64,000 nucleotides of DNA, taken from positions 1 through 64,000 of the forward strand of contig MCFE01000134.1 in assembly GCA_002104905.1 (NCBI GenBank), in the 5' to 3' direction. The notes beneath the pieces were generated by a model that worked only from the letters and a program-made list of their open reading frames with translations, did no database searches and was not told where the DNA came from. The DNA is from Basidiobolus meristosporus CBS 931.73 (lineage: Eukaryota; Fungi; Basidiobolomycota). The translations under genes and the position numbers were made by a program. Below, one piece after another: positions 11,346-23,040 of the stretch. Every line of letters begins with the position of its first letter. Position 1 is the first letter of the stretch.

Positions 11346-13332
11346 GGCTAAAGTCTTCCTGAGAAACGTTGGAGTTGGAGAATGACTTGCTGATCCCTGG
11401 AGCTGGGTGAAAGAGAAGACAAATTGCTCTGTGATCTGCTTGGTAACTGATTGCTGTAGGCACGACGATTATCCCCTCTTTTAACTGAGCTGACGTCCGG
11501 TTGAATGGCTCGCATGCATGGACGGCAGGACAGATCTGGACTCAATCGAGCACAACCCATTAATAATAAGTTCAGTCGCTGTGTATTACCCGGATACAAA
11601 CCTAAAGTGGAGACCTCAACGGCGAGATCAATAATGGAAAATGAGCCATGGCCTTGAGGGCGACCTATTAGGAAGATGTTTAACAATTCAAATGACGGGG
11701 CAATCTGGGCCAGGATACAGCAGCGGTGGGGTGGGGAGGCAATTATTGCTGCATGTCTATATGCTCTAGACTCCGTCATCGCGTTCCCAAGTGCTGACTT
11801 GGGACCCGAAAACACCAGCGGCCCCGGTGCTAATCGTATATTAAAGCACGCCAGTTTTGTAACACGCCGTGCATAAGGTTGGATAGGAGCATGGCCCAAT
11901 ACCCACCCAGCAGTTGCTCCCGCACTCATTGGAGAGCTGACTAAGACATGCATAATATCCGAGACATGGGATGAAAGCTCATCGGGAGATTGGCTTCGCC
12001 TTGTTACATTACACAGAATGATTAGTGACCACGTTGAAAAGGATCTAGAGTATCTGCTGATAATGATGTTGGAAAATCCTCTATTGGATACGAGGAAACA
12101 GTGTCCCAAAAGGATTGCCTATTTGATACACAAGAACCCTTGGATCCTAGTAAGCGATGGGAGTCTAGATGGACAATTGCATCAAATGGTCCCGATTTGT
12201 TATCCGGGAGGTAATCAACTACTGGTTTGGCATCCATGCAACCTTCCGAGGTTGTTGGGCCAGCAAGCACAGAAGAGAATCACGATGCGCCGGAGCTTCA
12301 AGCGAACCGGAGCATGGTTGCCACGAAATCCAAGACGCTCCATTACCGTCTGTTGCACCAGCACGCGAGTTTCCGATGAGCCGCAGCTACGTTCTGGGAA
12401 CACCCTCAACCCGTATTGGCCAGGTTGGTGCATCCTTCCCGAAACCAGATGAACTATTAACTTGGATGTCGGACGAACCAACAGTGGTTCTGATTAAAAA
12501 TGCCAATCACCCTTCCATCCTACAGGCTTGGGTCGGAGCCTAGCCACTAATTGAATTTGACCACCCCAATGTGCGATACATGCATAGATGCGTTCATCTT
12601 ATGGATCTGCCTCATCGTATCCCTCGTTTTCTTGTTTAGACTACCAGATTGTCAATCGCAGAATATTGCATTATATTGATGTAGGTTGTCTTATAGGCAG
12701 TTAAAAATTTTTCTGCCACCATAAACGCTTAGTCCAGAGATATGCTGGCAAAGGCCCGTTGTATAGCACGGTGCTCTATGATATACATATATGCTGCTTG
12801 CGAACTGGATACGAGGGTGCCGATTAAGCGCATGGATTCTCAAGGCTTTCCTTACACTCGCCAAGCCGGTCTGAGAATCAACCTCCGAGGGTCTGAGCCA
12901 GAGGCCCATCGCAACATAAACCTCGCCTCTCACTAACTACAGAAGAATGCACCCTCAGGCTGGCTGAGTTCTTTAACTGCGTTTTGCAAAGTGTGGAAAT
13001 TCACCGATCTTGAATGGGATCAGTCTGCGGTGAAGCCTGTTCGGAGGCAATCATTTCCAAGGACTAGATTAAGTTGTCCATTCCCCATGCCGAAAATTCT
13101 GAAGTAGGATTATCTACAAATAGGATCTAACCTCGGCCTTGAGTTTTTATTTTTGTGGACAATCGTAGATATTAGTTGATAGGCTACAACAACGGCTTTT
13201 TCAGCCAATCTCTTACTAGATTGCTCGAAAATATAACATGTTGAGTGGATAATTCCCAATTCAACCAAAGGGAATTACTTGGTTTAAAAGCCTGGACAAA
13301 CTGGCCTCTAGTGCTACGGTGTCGACTTTACC

Positions 13333-14551
13333 ATGGTTTTTTCCTACCTCAACTCCTCCCTTAGTACCATCTCCAACAATGTCTCCAAGAAAACGCAGAA
13401 TTTACTAATAGAAATCCTGAAATGCGGACCTATACCGCGTCACTTGGCCTTTATCATGGATGGAAATAGACGTTTTGCTAAGAAGCTTAGTGTTAGGACT
13501 GTCGAGGGCCATATTCGCGGCTACCACAAGCTGGAGGAGGTTAGCAGCTGGTTTTTGTCACTTGACCCATTGTTTCCGAATCAAAATTGAGCGATTCCTA
13601 ACCATCAGTCTTTTTAAGGTTTTGGAATGGTGCTTGAGGCTGGGTGTTAACACGGTCACTGTTTACGCATTTAGCATAGAGAATTTCAAGCGACCGAAAG
13701 AGGAAGTGGATGGCCTGATGAAGTTAGCTAAGGAGAAACTCGATTACCTATGCGAAAAATGGTTCGTCAATCCCGTGTGTAAGATAGCACCCTTATCAAA
13801 CGGTACCTAACTCCACCTTTGTACTCCAGCGATATCATCAACGAGCATCAGGTTAGGATTCAGATCCTTGGGAAATTAGACTTACTACCGAGAGATGTTT
13901 TCGAAGCGGCCCAAAGAGCGATGAAACTAACCGCACACAACACCAAGTACCTCTCGCTCGCTCCTGAATCATTTCGATATACCCACGACGCTAAGACCAA
14001 TTGCTCCACAGGGCGGTGCTCAACCTATGCTTCCCGTATACATCCAGAGACGAAATAGCGGCCTCAGTCAGGGAAGTAACTGTCAAAGCGCAACAAGGGA
14101 AAATCAGTATCGAGTAAGCTAAACAGATTGATTAACCTAAGCGTAACACGTCTTGGTTGACATGAAATTTATTCCCAGCGAAATCGACCAACAAATCATT
14201 GAGGAGCATTTGTACACACGAGGCTGTCCCCCTCTGGATATTCTAGTTCGGACTTCTGGTGAAGTACGCCTAAGTGATTTTATGCTGTGGCAGGTGGGTG
14301 CTCCGAATACCAGAACCCGCGAGCCTCTCGTTTCTCATCTTAGCTTGTTTCGTAGTGTTCAAAAGACTGCCAGATCTACTTTGCTAATGTATTGTGGCCG
14401 CAGTTCTCTATCTGGGATCTACTCCCTATCATCTTATCGTATCAAACCGAACATCCAAATTTGAAGGTAAGCCACGATTGTTAGCATTCGGTCTGTGCTG
14501 CCGCAAAACTGAATCAATTTCCACTAGAGAAAACATCTAGCTTCTAGGTAG
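13333..14551 (+). CDS. RER2: cis-prenyltransferase / dehydrodolichyl diphosphate synthase catalytic subunit (RER2/SRT1/DHDDS family), multi-exon
   Basis: Motifs [58 protein letters not shown] and [11 protein letters not shown], separated by GT-AG introns. The predicted last exon RKHLASR* ends at 14551. Confidence 0.93.
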
Positions 14552-15280
14552 ATTGTATGATAGCCTTTGTTATACCTGTAATTGTTTTTATCCAATGAAA
14601 CCTATTTCAAACAACCCCTCACCAGCTCGAAGAAGTGCTTCCAAGACCAACCCTGATCTAAGGTTATGCAGCAAAATAACCTTATAATTGGCCCGTATTT
14701 TTATTCTATACGCACTCTTCTCACATGATTTTTATTTATACAAGCTCATTTGGTCTAGTATCAATTTATTGGTGTTCGGCACCTTCTCCCTATATATTTC
14801 CGAGTCTCGAGGGGAGCGGAATGAGCATCCCTCTATTCTTTGGCTTTTGTTAAATATTATGCGAATCGTTCATAGGGTTGTTCGGGATTGTATGCAATTC
14901 ATATTGATGTCCTGCCTGCTTACACAAGAACATGCAGGTCTTTGGTTATTTCCCTAGGGCACCAAGGCCACTGATACCTGGCAGGTCACGGTGTCGTCAT
15001 TGGCCTCTAAAATGGCAGTTTGATTCACTGATGATCTCAGCCTTCGGCATAACCCATACCGTGTATCGATTATAGAGTATTAGAGATACGTCTCTATTAT
15101 ATATTCGATTTGTTATATCAGCATGCTAGGTCCGCTTGTACCACATCAATCGTGAAATTATCAATTCCACTGTAGTATCCATTCTTCTGGTTTCTATCTA
15201 CCTTGCGCCAGTCCAAGTACCAGTGACAAATAACCAACTGACCACATTCCCAGGAGTGGCCTATATGTATTGATTTCGAA

Positions 15281-18025
15281 ATGGGTCCCAAAGAAACTCA
15301 GCAAAGCCAAAACCTGAACTTGAGCCTGGAGCATACGAACTCGCTTGAGACTGTGGAGGAAGCCTATCGGAATTCAACCGACCATACGTAACATTGCTAG
15401 TGCTTCGCTTTTTGTCCACGACTGCCGTTGGCTGACACATACGTGCTTGGTATTAGGGGACACGAGTCAGGCATTAGCCTTCACCTAGACGAAATAGTTC
15501 CCGACGATTTGAGGAGCTATAGTGTGAGGCTTCTTTTGGCTCGTTGTTCCTTCTATAGCGCTAATCCTCGGTTTAAATAAGGAGGGGTCCAAGGCGGATA
15601 CGGTGACAGAGCTAAAGTTAAACCATGCGACGAGCTTTCGCGGCTGGTGCCATAAGTTTTTCGTAGAAAGCGCAAGCTGGCAGGTTAGTTGCACTGGAGT
15701 GGCGGGAAAAGAATGTTTTGGACTTAAGAACCTCTAGGCCAGAGTCTTCTATACCATCTCTCACCTACTGCTATTGCTTATGGTGGTGGCATTCTGCTTG
15801 GAGACCATGCCGTCGTTATATCAGACCGAGACCAATGGATGGATGCAGTAGGCGAATTTGGCTCCATGAACTCGAACGTCTGATCACTCAGCTGTGTATT
15901 CTTGTAGATTCTCAAGGTCGTTGGACATCTCCCTATTTGTAACCCTTAGCGTAGAGCTTATAGGGAAGTTTTGTGGCTGGCCAAATCGCTGGAGATTCTT
16001 ACTTAGTAAGACGCCCATTTTCATCATTGAATCCGTAGTCTCTCCAGCCTCAATTAATCTAGATCTCCTTACGAGATTTCAAGAATTTACTGGATATGAT
16101 AACCCTCACCCCGTTCTTTGTGGTCATTTTCTTCGCCCCGGGATCGACGTCGGTTCGTAAACAGTTTAAACAGGAGGGCAAAAGCTACAAGACTTAACGA
16201 AGTGGCCAGTCGTTTTTTAGGGTCTTTAGACTTTTCAAAGTGTTCTCACTGCTGAAAATCTTCGGAGTGAACCAGTATTCACCAGGGCTTTTTGTAAGTA
16301 TGCGTGCCCCACACTGCTTCAAGGGTACTATACTGACTGCACACATGCCGCTAGGTAACCTCTCTAGCCATCAAACGCAGCGCTGTTCAGATCATGATCG
16401 TCTCATTGTATCTCGTTGTAACTCTCCTGATCTCGTCCAGCCTAATCTTCTATGTTGAGCAAGGAGAGTACGACCAAGCAACTCGCGTGTGGATGCGAAA
16501 TGTAGATGGCCAGCTACAGCCAAGGTATGCTTGTGTTTTGCTGACTAGTCATCATCATCAAGCCCTCATGATATACATCCGCTGCTCAGCCCTTTTCAAT
16601 CTATCGTCCACTCATTCTATTGGTCAATTGTTACGCTGACCACAACTGGTTATGGTAAGAAAATCCAATCTTGAGCTGAGATTTTCTGTACACTAATACC
16701 ACCATTGCCATACAAGGTGACGAGGTTCCTGTTACTCCATTGGGAAAATTGGTAACCGGATTCACTATGTTGTGTGGGGTTATGGTAAGCTAAAGTGAAT
16801 GGTGGCCCACCATTCATGTGTGAGCTAACGGCTGTTGGCTGGTGTAGGTGATTGCTTTGCCTACGTCTATCATTGGGGCCAACTTGGTGTCTGAATGGGA
16901 AAACTACAACCGGATAAAATTTCAAGCGGAGTTCAAGCATTCAAAAACCATCAATAATGCTCCATTGCCGGACCTTCCCAGTGAGAGAAAGAAGAAAATA
17001 GCCGTTCTCCGCCACCACAACAAACTCATGGTAAACATGATATCGGAGATCCAAGAAAAGCTGTATGATGTAAGTGCCTAGGTTTGCTTTGGCCAGTTGG
17101 TTGATATGTCAAGCGGCTAACCCCTCGGCTGTGCTAGATAAACCCCCCTCATTTCTATATAGAATACAAGAGGCTCTCTCAGAAATATTTAGACATGAAA
17201 GCGAGAATGGGTGAGTTGGAGGCTGAGCTCGAGAGGTATAGAAAACAGGCACATAATGGGAGTGACAACGACCCTGGCTCCTCCACCATGTCAGGCTTCC
17301 TTCAACCGTTTCGGAAGTTCCGTACTGAATCTAGCTTTCGCGACGATCAATCCACTTTATCACATTCCCATAGGCACCGGAAAAAAAACTTCCTCCACTC
17401 GTTGCTTCCTCGCCATCATACATCAGACGAGCATCTGAATTACTGGCAAAAGCCCTACGCGATCTCCACCGACATGGTTTCCGAACCATTTGCACCGCGG
17501 CCCTTCAATCAAAGCACGCGTAGCAATGAGTCCAGTACCAACTCAGATCCACTAAAACCCCCCGAAGTCGGACTATGCTCGGAGGCTGATTTGCTCAACG
17601 AGGATGGTTCAGTGGATGCGTCCGTTTCTAACGGAAATCAGCATCATCCATTCGAACACGCAAGTACAGATCGCTCCATTGATTATTCTCGAGCTCCTCA
17701 GCCAGTGGCGGTGAGAAAAAGTGCCATTTCAATGCCATTCGTGCATAGCCTCTACACCGGCTCTGCTACAAAGCAATCGGCTGAAGTCCCCCACAAATCC
17801 AATTTGAAATCCCTTCCCGAGATCACGTTTGTTTCGCCCTCTCCTTCTCCTTCTCCCTCCCCCTCGCCTTCCCCATTGTCGAACCCCTCAACCAACGAGG
17901 AAACCCAACCCGAATATCAAGCCATCCTCATAGATACATTACCGCCTGACTCCACCACGAACTTCGGGCTCAGCGAAACTGATAATCACGGTGATGACAA
18001 CGGAAACCATGATTCTATTCGCTAG
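15281..18025 (+). CDS. Voltage-gated (Kv-like, 6TM) potassium channel, multi-exon
   Basis: S2 DISLFVTLSVELIGKF; S3 NLLDMITLTPFFV; S4 FRVFRLFKVFSLLKIF; S5 LISSSLIFYVEQGE; pore FYWSIVTLTTTGYG|D (intron-split at ~16654); S6 IALPTSIIGANL. These are followed by a coiled-coil-like segment and a long Ser/Pro-rich tail. The start ATG at 15281 is tentative. Confidence 0.9.
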
Positions 18026-19789
18026 TCACTCACGCAAAAGCAAATGTATACTACTCCCTCGTTATTTCCTAGACTCTAGCATATATATAAAGTACCCACC
18101 CACCCCTTGGAATAGGGGAAAGAAAGCAACCTGATACCCGAATGATCGAGTAATCGTGATCGCTCCACGACCCCTCAGATGTGAGTGTGTTCCTGGAACA
18201 CGATGTCCAACAATAGAAATCATTGGGACACAGGCGCTGATAATGGTGAACTGCAATGGTGAAGGGGGTGAGACCAATTTCTGCGCGCCATCTCAGCGGC
18301 TTGTACGGTGTATACCAACTGGCCCAAGCTGGGGTGGAGAAGAGTGGGGTGTGCGTCTGACCGTGTCTCACCATTTCTGGCCTTCTGGATGTGGTTGGCT
18401 GCAATGCATCTTATGGCCGGTTCCCTGCCATACCAATTCGCCAAGCCTTAATCCCGTCCCGTCGACTGTTTGGCACGATCCAAGCCATGGTGACCACCGA
18501 TTGACGCATCTGCAATGCTAGCGAAGGTTTGCGACCTGACGGGGATGCCGGATGCGGCTTATTCTACTCAGCGCCATAATTATGCGTCCATTTAGTGGCA
18601 AGCAAGCCAATGGGTATGGACCTTGCGAAGTGGGTGTACGTCAAGGGAGCCAGCATGGGCTCTGGGCAAGATAGACCTGCAAAATATGTTAAGGATGGTG
18701 CGTGCTGCAACTCCATCCGACTCGTGCTATGCAACGGGCCTCAAAAGGAACGAGAATGATCAGGTCCTAACCGGAATTTCTGCGTCAAATGTGGCGCTCT
18801 ATAGGTTTTTCGAGCCATAGGGGCCAATGAATGGAATTGCTCTAGCGGTAGGTTTCATGGACCGTGGCCAACGTGCACGTGAACTGTGTGAAATGATCAA
18901 CGGCTTGATCTACTCCTTCGAAGCGTGGAGCGGTTGGATTCTTGAGCGGCACTACACGAGATAGCCGCTTGATTGCCGGGGATGCGATGCAAGTGCCATA
19001 TAGCATGGGAATCTTGGTGTCTCAGGTCGGCTTGCGTGCTGTGGTTCACAGTGCAGACTGCCTTTGGCAGGACACAACGCCCATCCCCGTAGGTGCCTAA
19101 ACTCCGCATGCGTAGCCAACGTCAGTTCCGATTCAGAGCTCGACGTATTGCATGCCGAATCGAGCTAGTTTTTAATATCTCAGCGATGATCGGCATCTGA
19201 AAGGCGGTCCAATGGCCGTGAGGTAGGCCCACATTCTAGATGATCACGAACCGATGCCATCTACCACCAGTTGCACAGGAGGAAATCAATCGAGGCTGAT
19301 GTGTGTCCGACATTGATCTTATTATCATTGATGGACAATCTGTCAATCTAGCATGTGTGGAGATGCTCATGATCTTGGTGTCCCACTTGCAGTGAGTGAT
19401 AGGCCATAGATGCGGCGGAGTATCCATCCATCTCTCGGTATCTACCCCGTCGCTAATGGCTGGTGGCGGAGGAGACCTCGCCAGTTTCGAATAGGAGAGA
19501 CGTTACGATCTACTTCACGTTACATGGATGGTACGACGTGGAGATCCAAATGGGCACATCACAAGATTCCCTCCAAAGCAGATTTCCTAATCCCTCAATG
19601 GTTTTGGCCCCCCTACCCCAGATCCTCACACGGTACCTCATCGATGCTGCAATCTCTGGCCCAACCCGCTGACACATGGAGGCGTGTGCCAACCCCAGAC
19701 GAGCGGGGAATAAAGCTAGATAAACCGTCCACTTCCCCTCATCGAACAAGCAGTCATTCAATTCGCCCTGCTCTCGCCAATTCAGCGTC

Positions 19790-20953
19790 ATGCTTCGCAC
19801 CTTTGTTCGCCTTCGTGCCGCTGTGCCCAGGGCCAGCTCGGTCCGCTCTTTCAGCACCGGTGTTTCCGTGTTCCAGCAACACGTTTTCAAGCTGGACGAG
19901 TCCGATTTCATCCCTCACAACTGCGAGGCCCCTTCCCTTGAGGTGTCCTTCAGCAAAGACGAGCTGCTCCAGATTTACACCGAAATGAACACTGTACGTC
20001 GTTTGGAGATGGCCGCCGACGCCATGTACAAGGCGAAGATGATCCGAGGCTTCTGCCACTTGTGCACTGGCCAAGAGGCGGTCGCTATCGGTATGGAGAA
20101 GGCCATCACCCCCAAGGATCATGTGATCACCTCCTACAGATGCCACGGATTCACCTGGATCCGCGGTGGCAGCATCAAAAGCGTCTTGGCCGAGTTGATG
20201 GGTCGCAAGGATGGTATCTCCCAAGGGAAGGGCGGCTCGATGCACATGTTCTCCAACCGTTTTTACGGTGGTAACGGTATCGTCGGCGCCCAAGTACCTC
20301 TGGGGGCTGGGCTAGCCTTCACGTCACAGTACACCGAGGATGGCTCCTGCTCTTTTGGTCTATACGGCGACGGAGCGGCCAACCAAGGCCAGGTTTACGA
20401 AGCCTTCAACATGGCGAAGCTCTGGAACCTCCCTGCGGTTTTCGTTTGCGAGAACAACCTCTACGGTATGGGTACCTCTGCTGAACGTTCCAGCGCCAAC
20501 GTGGAGTACTTCAAGCGCGGCGACTATATCCCAGGTATCAAGGTCAATGGCATGGACGTCCTTTCGGTCTACCAAGCTTGTAAGTACGCTCGCGAGTGGA
20601 CCACTTCCGGTAAGGGTCCGATCATTTTGGAGATGCATACCTACCGTTACGGTGGCCATTCCATGTCCGATCCTGGTACCACCTACCGTACTCGCGAGGA
20701 GGTCCAGACCATGCGCAGCACCAGAGACCCCGTCACCGGCCTCAAGGCCCGGTTATTGAACGAGGGGATCGCCACCGAGGAGGAGTTGAAGAGCATCGAG
20801 AAGCGAACACGTAAAATCGTGGACGAGGAGGCGGCCGCCGCGAAGGCCTCCCCAGAGCCCGAGGTCCAGGAGCTTTGGACCGATATCTACGCCCCCGGAA
20901 GCGAGCCGAAATTCCTGCGTGGTCGCCATAGCCAGGAGGTTCATCACTACTAA
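19790..20953 (+). CDS. PDA1: Pyruvate dehydrogenase E1 alpha subunit, mitochondrial, intronless
   Basis: 387 aa with an Arg/Ser-rich presequence, IRGFCHL, GKGGSMHM, the TPP motif YGDGAANQGQVYEAFNMAKLW and the loop RYGGHSMSDPGTTYRTREEV. Confidence 0.98.
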   Translation: MLRTFVRLRAAVPRASSVRSFSTGVSVFQQHVFKLDESDFIPHNCEAPSLEVSFSKDELLQIYTEMNTVRRLEMAADAMYKAKMIRGFCHLCTGQEAVAIGMEKAITPKDHVITSYRCHGFTWIRGGSIKSVLAELMGRKDGISQGKGGSMHMFSNRFYGGNGIVGAQVPLGAGLAFTSQYTEDGSCSFGLYGDGAANQGQVYEAFNMAKLWNLPAVFVCENNLYGMGTSAERSSANVEYFKRGDYIPGIKVNGMDVLSVYQACKYAREWTTSGKGPIILEMHTYRYGGHSMSDPGTTYRTREEVQTMRSTRDPVTGLKARLLNEGIATEEELKSIEKRTRKIVDEEAAAAKASPEPEVQELWTDIYAPGSEPKFLRGRHSQEVHHY

Positions 20954-22619
20954 TCAGTGGGCTCCTTAGACGAACCCCATGGTGTGGTCCACCTCTAGAG
21001 TTTCCCTTACATTGTACCTCGATCCTGCTGAATCCAGTCGCTAACCAACCCTTCCCCTTCCCCTTCCCCCTCCCCCTTTTCCTTCCTTTCCTACCCATAT
21101 CCCCCGCCTCCCTCATATGTGCGTAATCTACATATCTACTCAAACATCAGAAATCCCCCATCTTCCCCTTCCTTGGAGTATGCTCCTTGGTAGAGACGAA
21201 CCCCACTCGTTCTGCGGGGGGGGGAGAGCAATTCCATAAAGTGTCGTTGTCCATCCAAGCGCGTGAGTAACGTCATATCACTGGTCCGTTTGATAGCAGA
21301 CTAGCCAGGACCCCTGGTAGATATGGGATTAGGTGTCTGGGATTGGTCGGAGTGCATGGCCGGTCCCCGCCCCTGTCGATATTATGGGTTGCGTGCGTGG
21401 AAGCCGGTGGTAAGATATGTTCGCTGATGAGACGATTTCTAAGCAACCGCTAGGGCCGGTGCCGGTGCTTGGAGTGTATATGCTGCGGTGTGGTTGGCCA
21501 CCTAGACCTGGATGGTGAGCACCGTTGCGGGTACCCATGTGCAACCGGCGGACACGGAGTCGCGGGAAGTTGAGACTAGATTGAAAGCAGGAGTGGGTGG
21601 CCAAATGCGGGTGTACAAATATAGGAATCTGGGGGGGGGAGTGGCGGCAGCGGTGGGAGGATGTTCCGATTGGTGGGGTACAAGAGTCTGCCACTGCCTC
21701 CCTATGACATGATTTGATGACATCATCAGGCCAGTTAAATAGTTCCAGCATGGTCCATGGTTGAAAATCCGCAACAGCCGCAGAATCTCAGGGGGATTGG
21801 AAGCAATAGATCGATGACTTCGTGACAATTTCATCGGTTGTCTGCTAATTCCTGGAAACAGTCGGGCCGCAGAAAGTTGCCAAATCTCTGGTACCCCCCC
21901 GCAAGACCCTAAACGTCTCCAACCTACTTCATTCAATTGGGCGGCAATGTATCAATCCCCCTTCTAGACCCGCCAACTCGCTGCCAAGTTCTTCCGCCAC
22001 TTTCACCAGGTTATAGGGCCCCAGATATGTCCAAAGCTCTGCTTCCAGTCTCTTTTCAGTCTCTGAAATATATGGGGCAATCCTGTCAATGACCATTGCA
22101 CAATCTCAGGGTTGTGACTTGGTGGTGATGATGCCATGGGAATGCCATACAAATCCCAATTGAAAATCGTCCTGTGTACTATGACTCCAGCACACCATTT
22201 GACTATTGCCCATTTACCACACTGCTTGTTCATGGATGCCCATTGTGCCCTTACTCTTGCTGTACACTAGGTACACTGGTGGCATTCTCTACATTGGAAC
22301 ATCAGATAGAGTTAAGCATTTACTGTGTAGTGGGACATAAATGCTTCAGCCCTAAAATAAGACTGGTCCAAGCCTCACACTCTTTGACCAGCTCTGATGC
22401 AGCCTTATATTCAACATGGATAACAGCTTGATATGCCAACCCAACAATGCAGGAGGTGTTGTTACACATCTTTTGCCCTGGAGCACCATTTCACAGATAT
22501 CTTGGCAGTACTGAGCTTTATATCTGCTGTTACATCCAATGACACTATCCATACTCAAAAGTCTCATTCCAGGCATGACATCCAAGCACATGCACTATGT
22601 TTAGCAAGATCCTAAGATC

Positions 22620-23040
22620 ATGCGTGCAAAATTTGGGGCTGTTTGGACAACCTTGAGAAATTCCATGTTCTGTGTACCTGATGATTTGGGGAAAATTTTA
22701 AGTACATCCCACCAGGAACTTGGTCAGGACTCTCTAGGACTTGTAGATAATGTCCAAAGTGACTAAGCTTGGGAAAGCTTAGATGCAATTACAAGTCTCT
22801 ACAACAGTTCCAGCATGCAAACTTGGATTTCTACCTAGTTGTATTGGTACTTGATTGTCTTGAAATAATGTGGTAGGGGCTTGTTGAGATGTGCCAAAAT
22901 CTTTCCAAAGCTTTCTAAGCCACATTGCTTCTTTTGTAGTCTCACAGGCTGCCATATACTCTGCCACTGTGGTGGTGAGTGCTCCAACTGGTGCTTTCTT
23001 GAGTCCTATGAAATGGATCCTCTGCATCAAAGAAAATTTT
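22620..23040 (-). mobile_element. Highly degraded Ty1/copia 3' fragment (partial LTR plus RNase H remnant)
   Basis: Similar to the copia LTR (tttggggctgtttggacaac). ORF 22779-23030 contains AEYMAACETTKEAMWLRKL. Confidence 0.7.

Noticed and set aside
11348-12543. 253-aa minus-strand ORF 11348-12109 and overlapping 124-144-aa plus-strand ORFs
   Set aside because: No motifs, atypical composition and mutually overlapping frames. They cannot be supported as genes without expression data.
18030-19750. Search for tRNA/snRNA or small genes between the Kv gene and PDA1
   Set aside because: No cloverleaf, A/B boxes or recognisable protein motifs found by eye.
19754-20293. 179-aa antisense ORF (and other shadow ORFs) over PDA1
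   Set aside because: Expected by-product of strong C/G third-position bias on the sense gene; no recognisable domain.
21950-22600. Possible degraded DDE (pogo-like) transposase fragment at the TE-block border
   Set aside because: Only a vague resemblance (MDSVIG..YKAQY), too decayed to assign.
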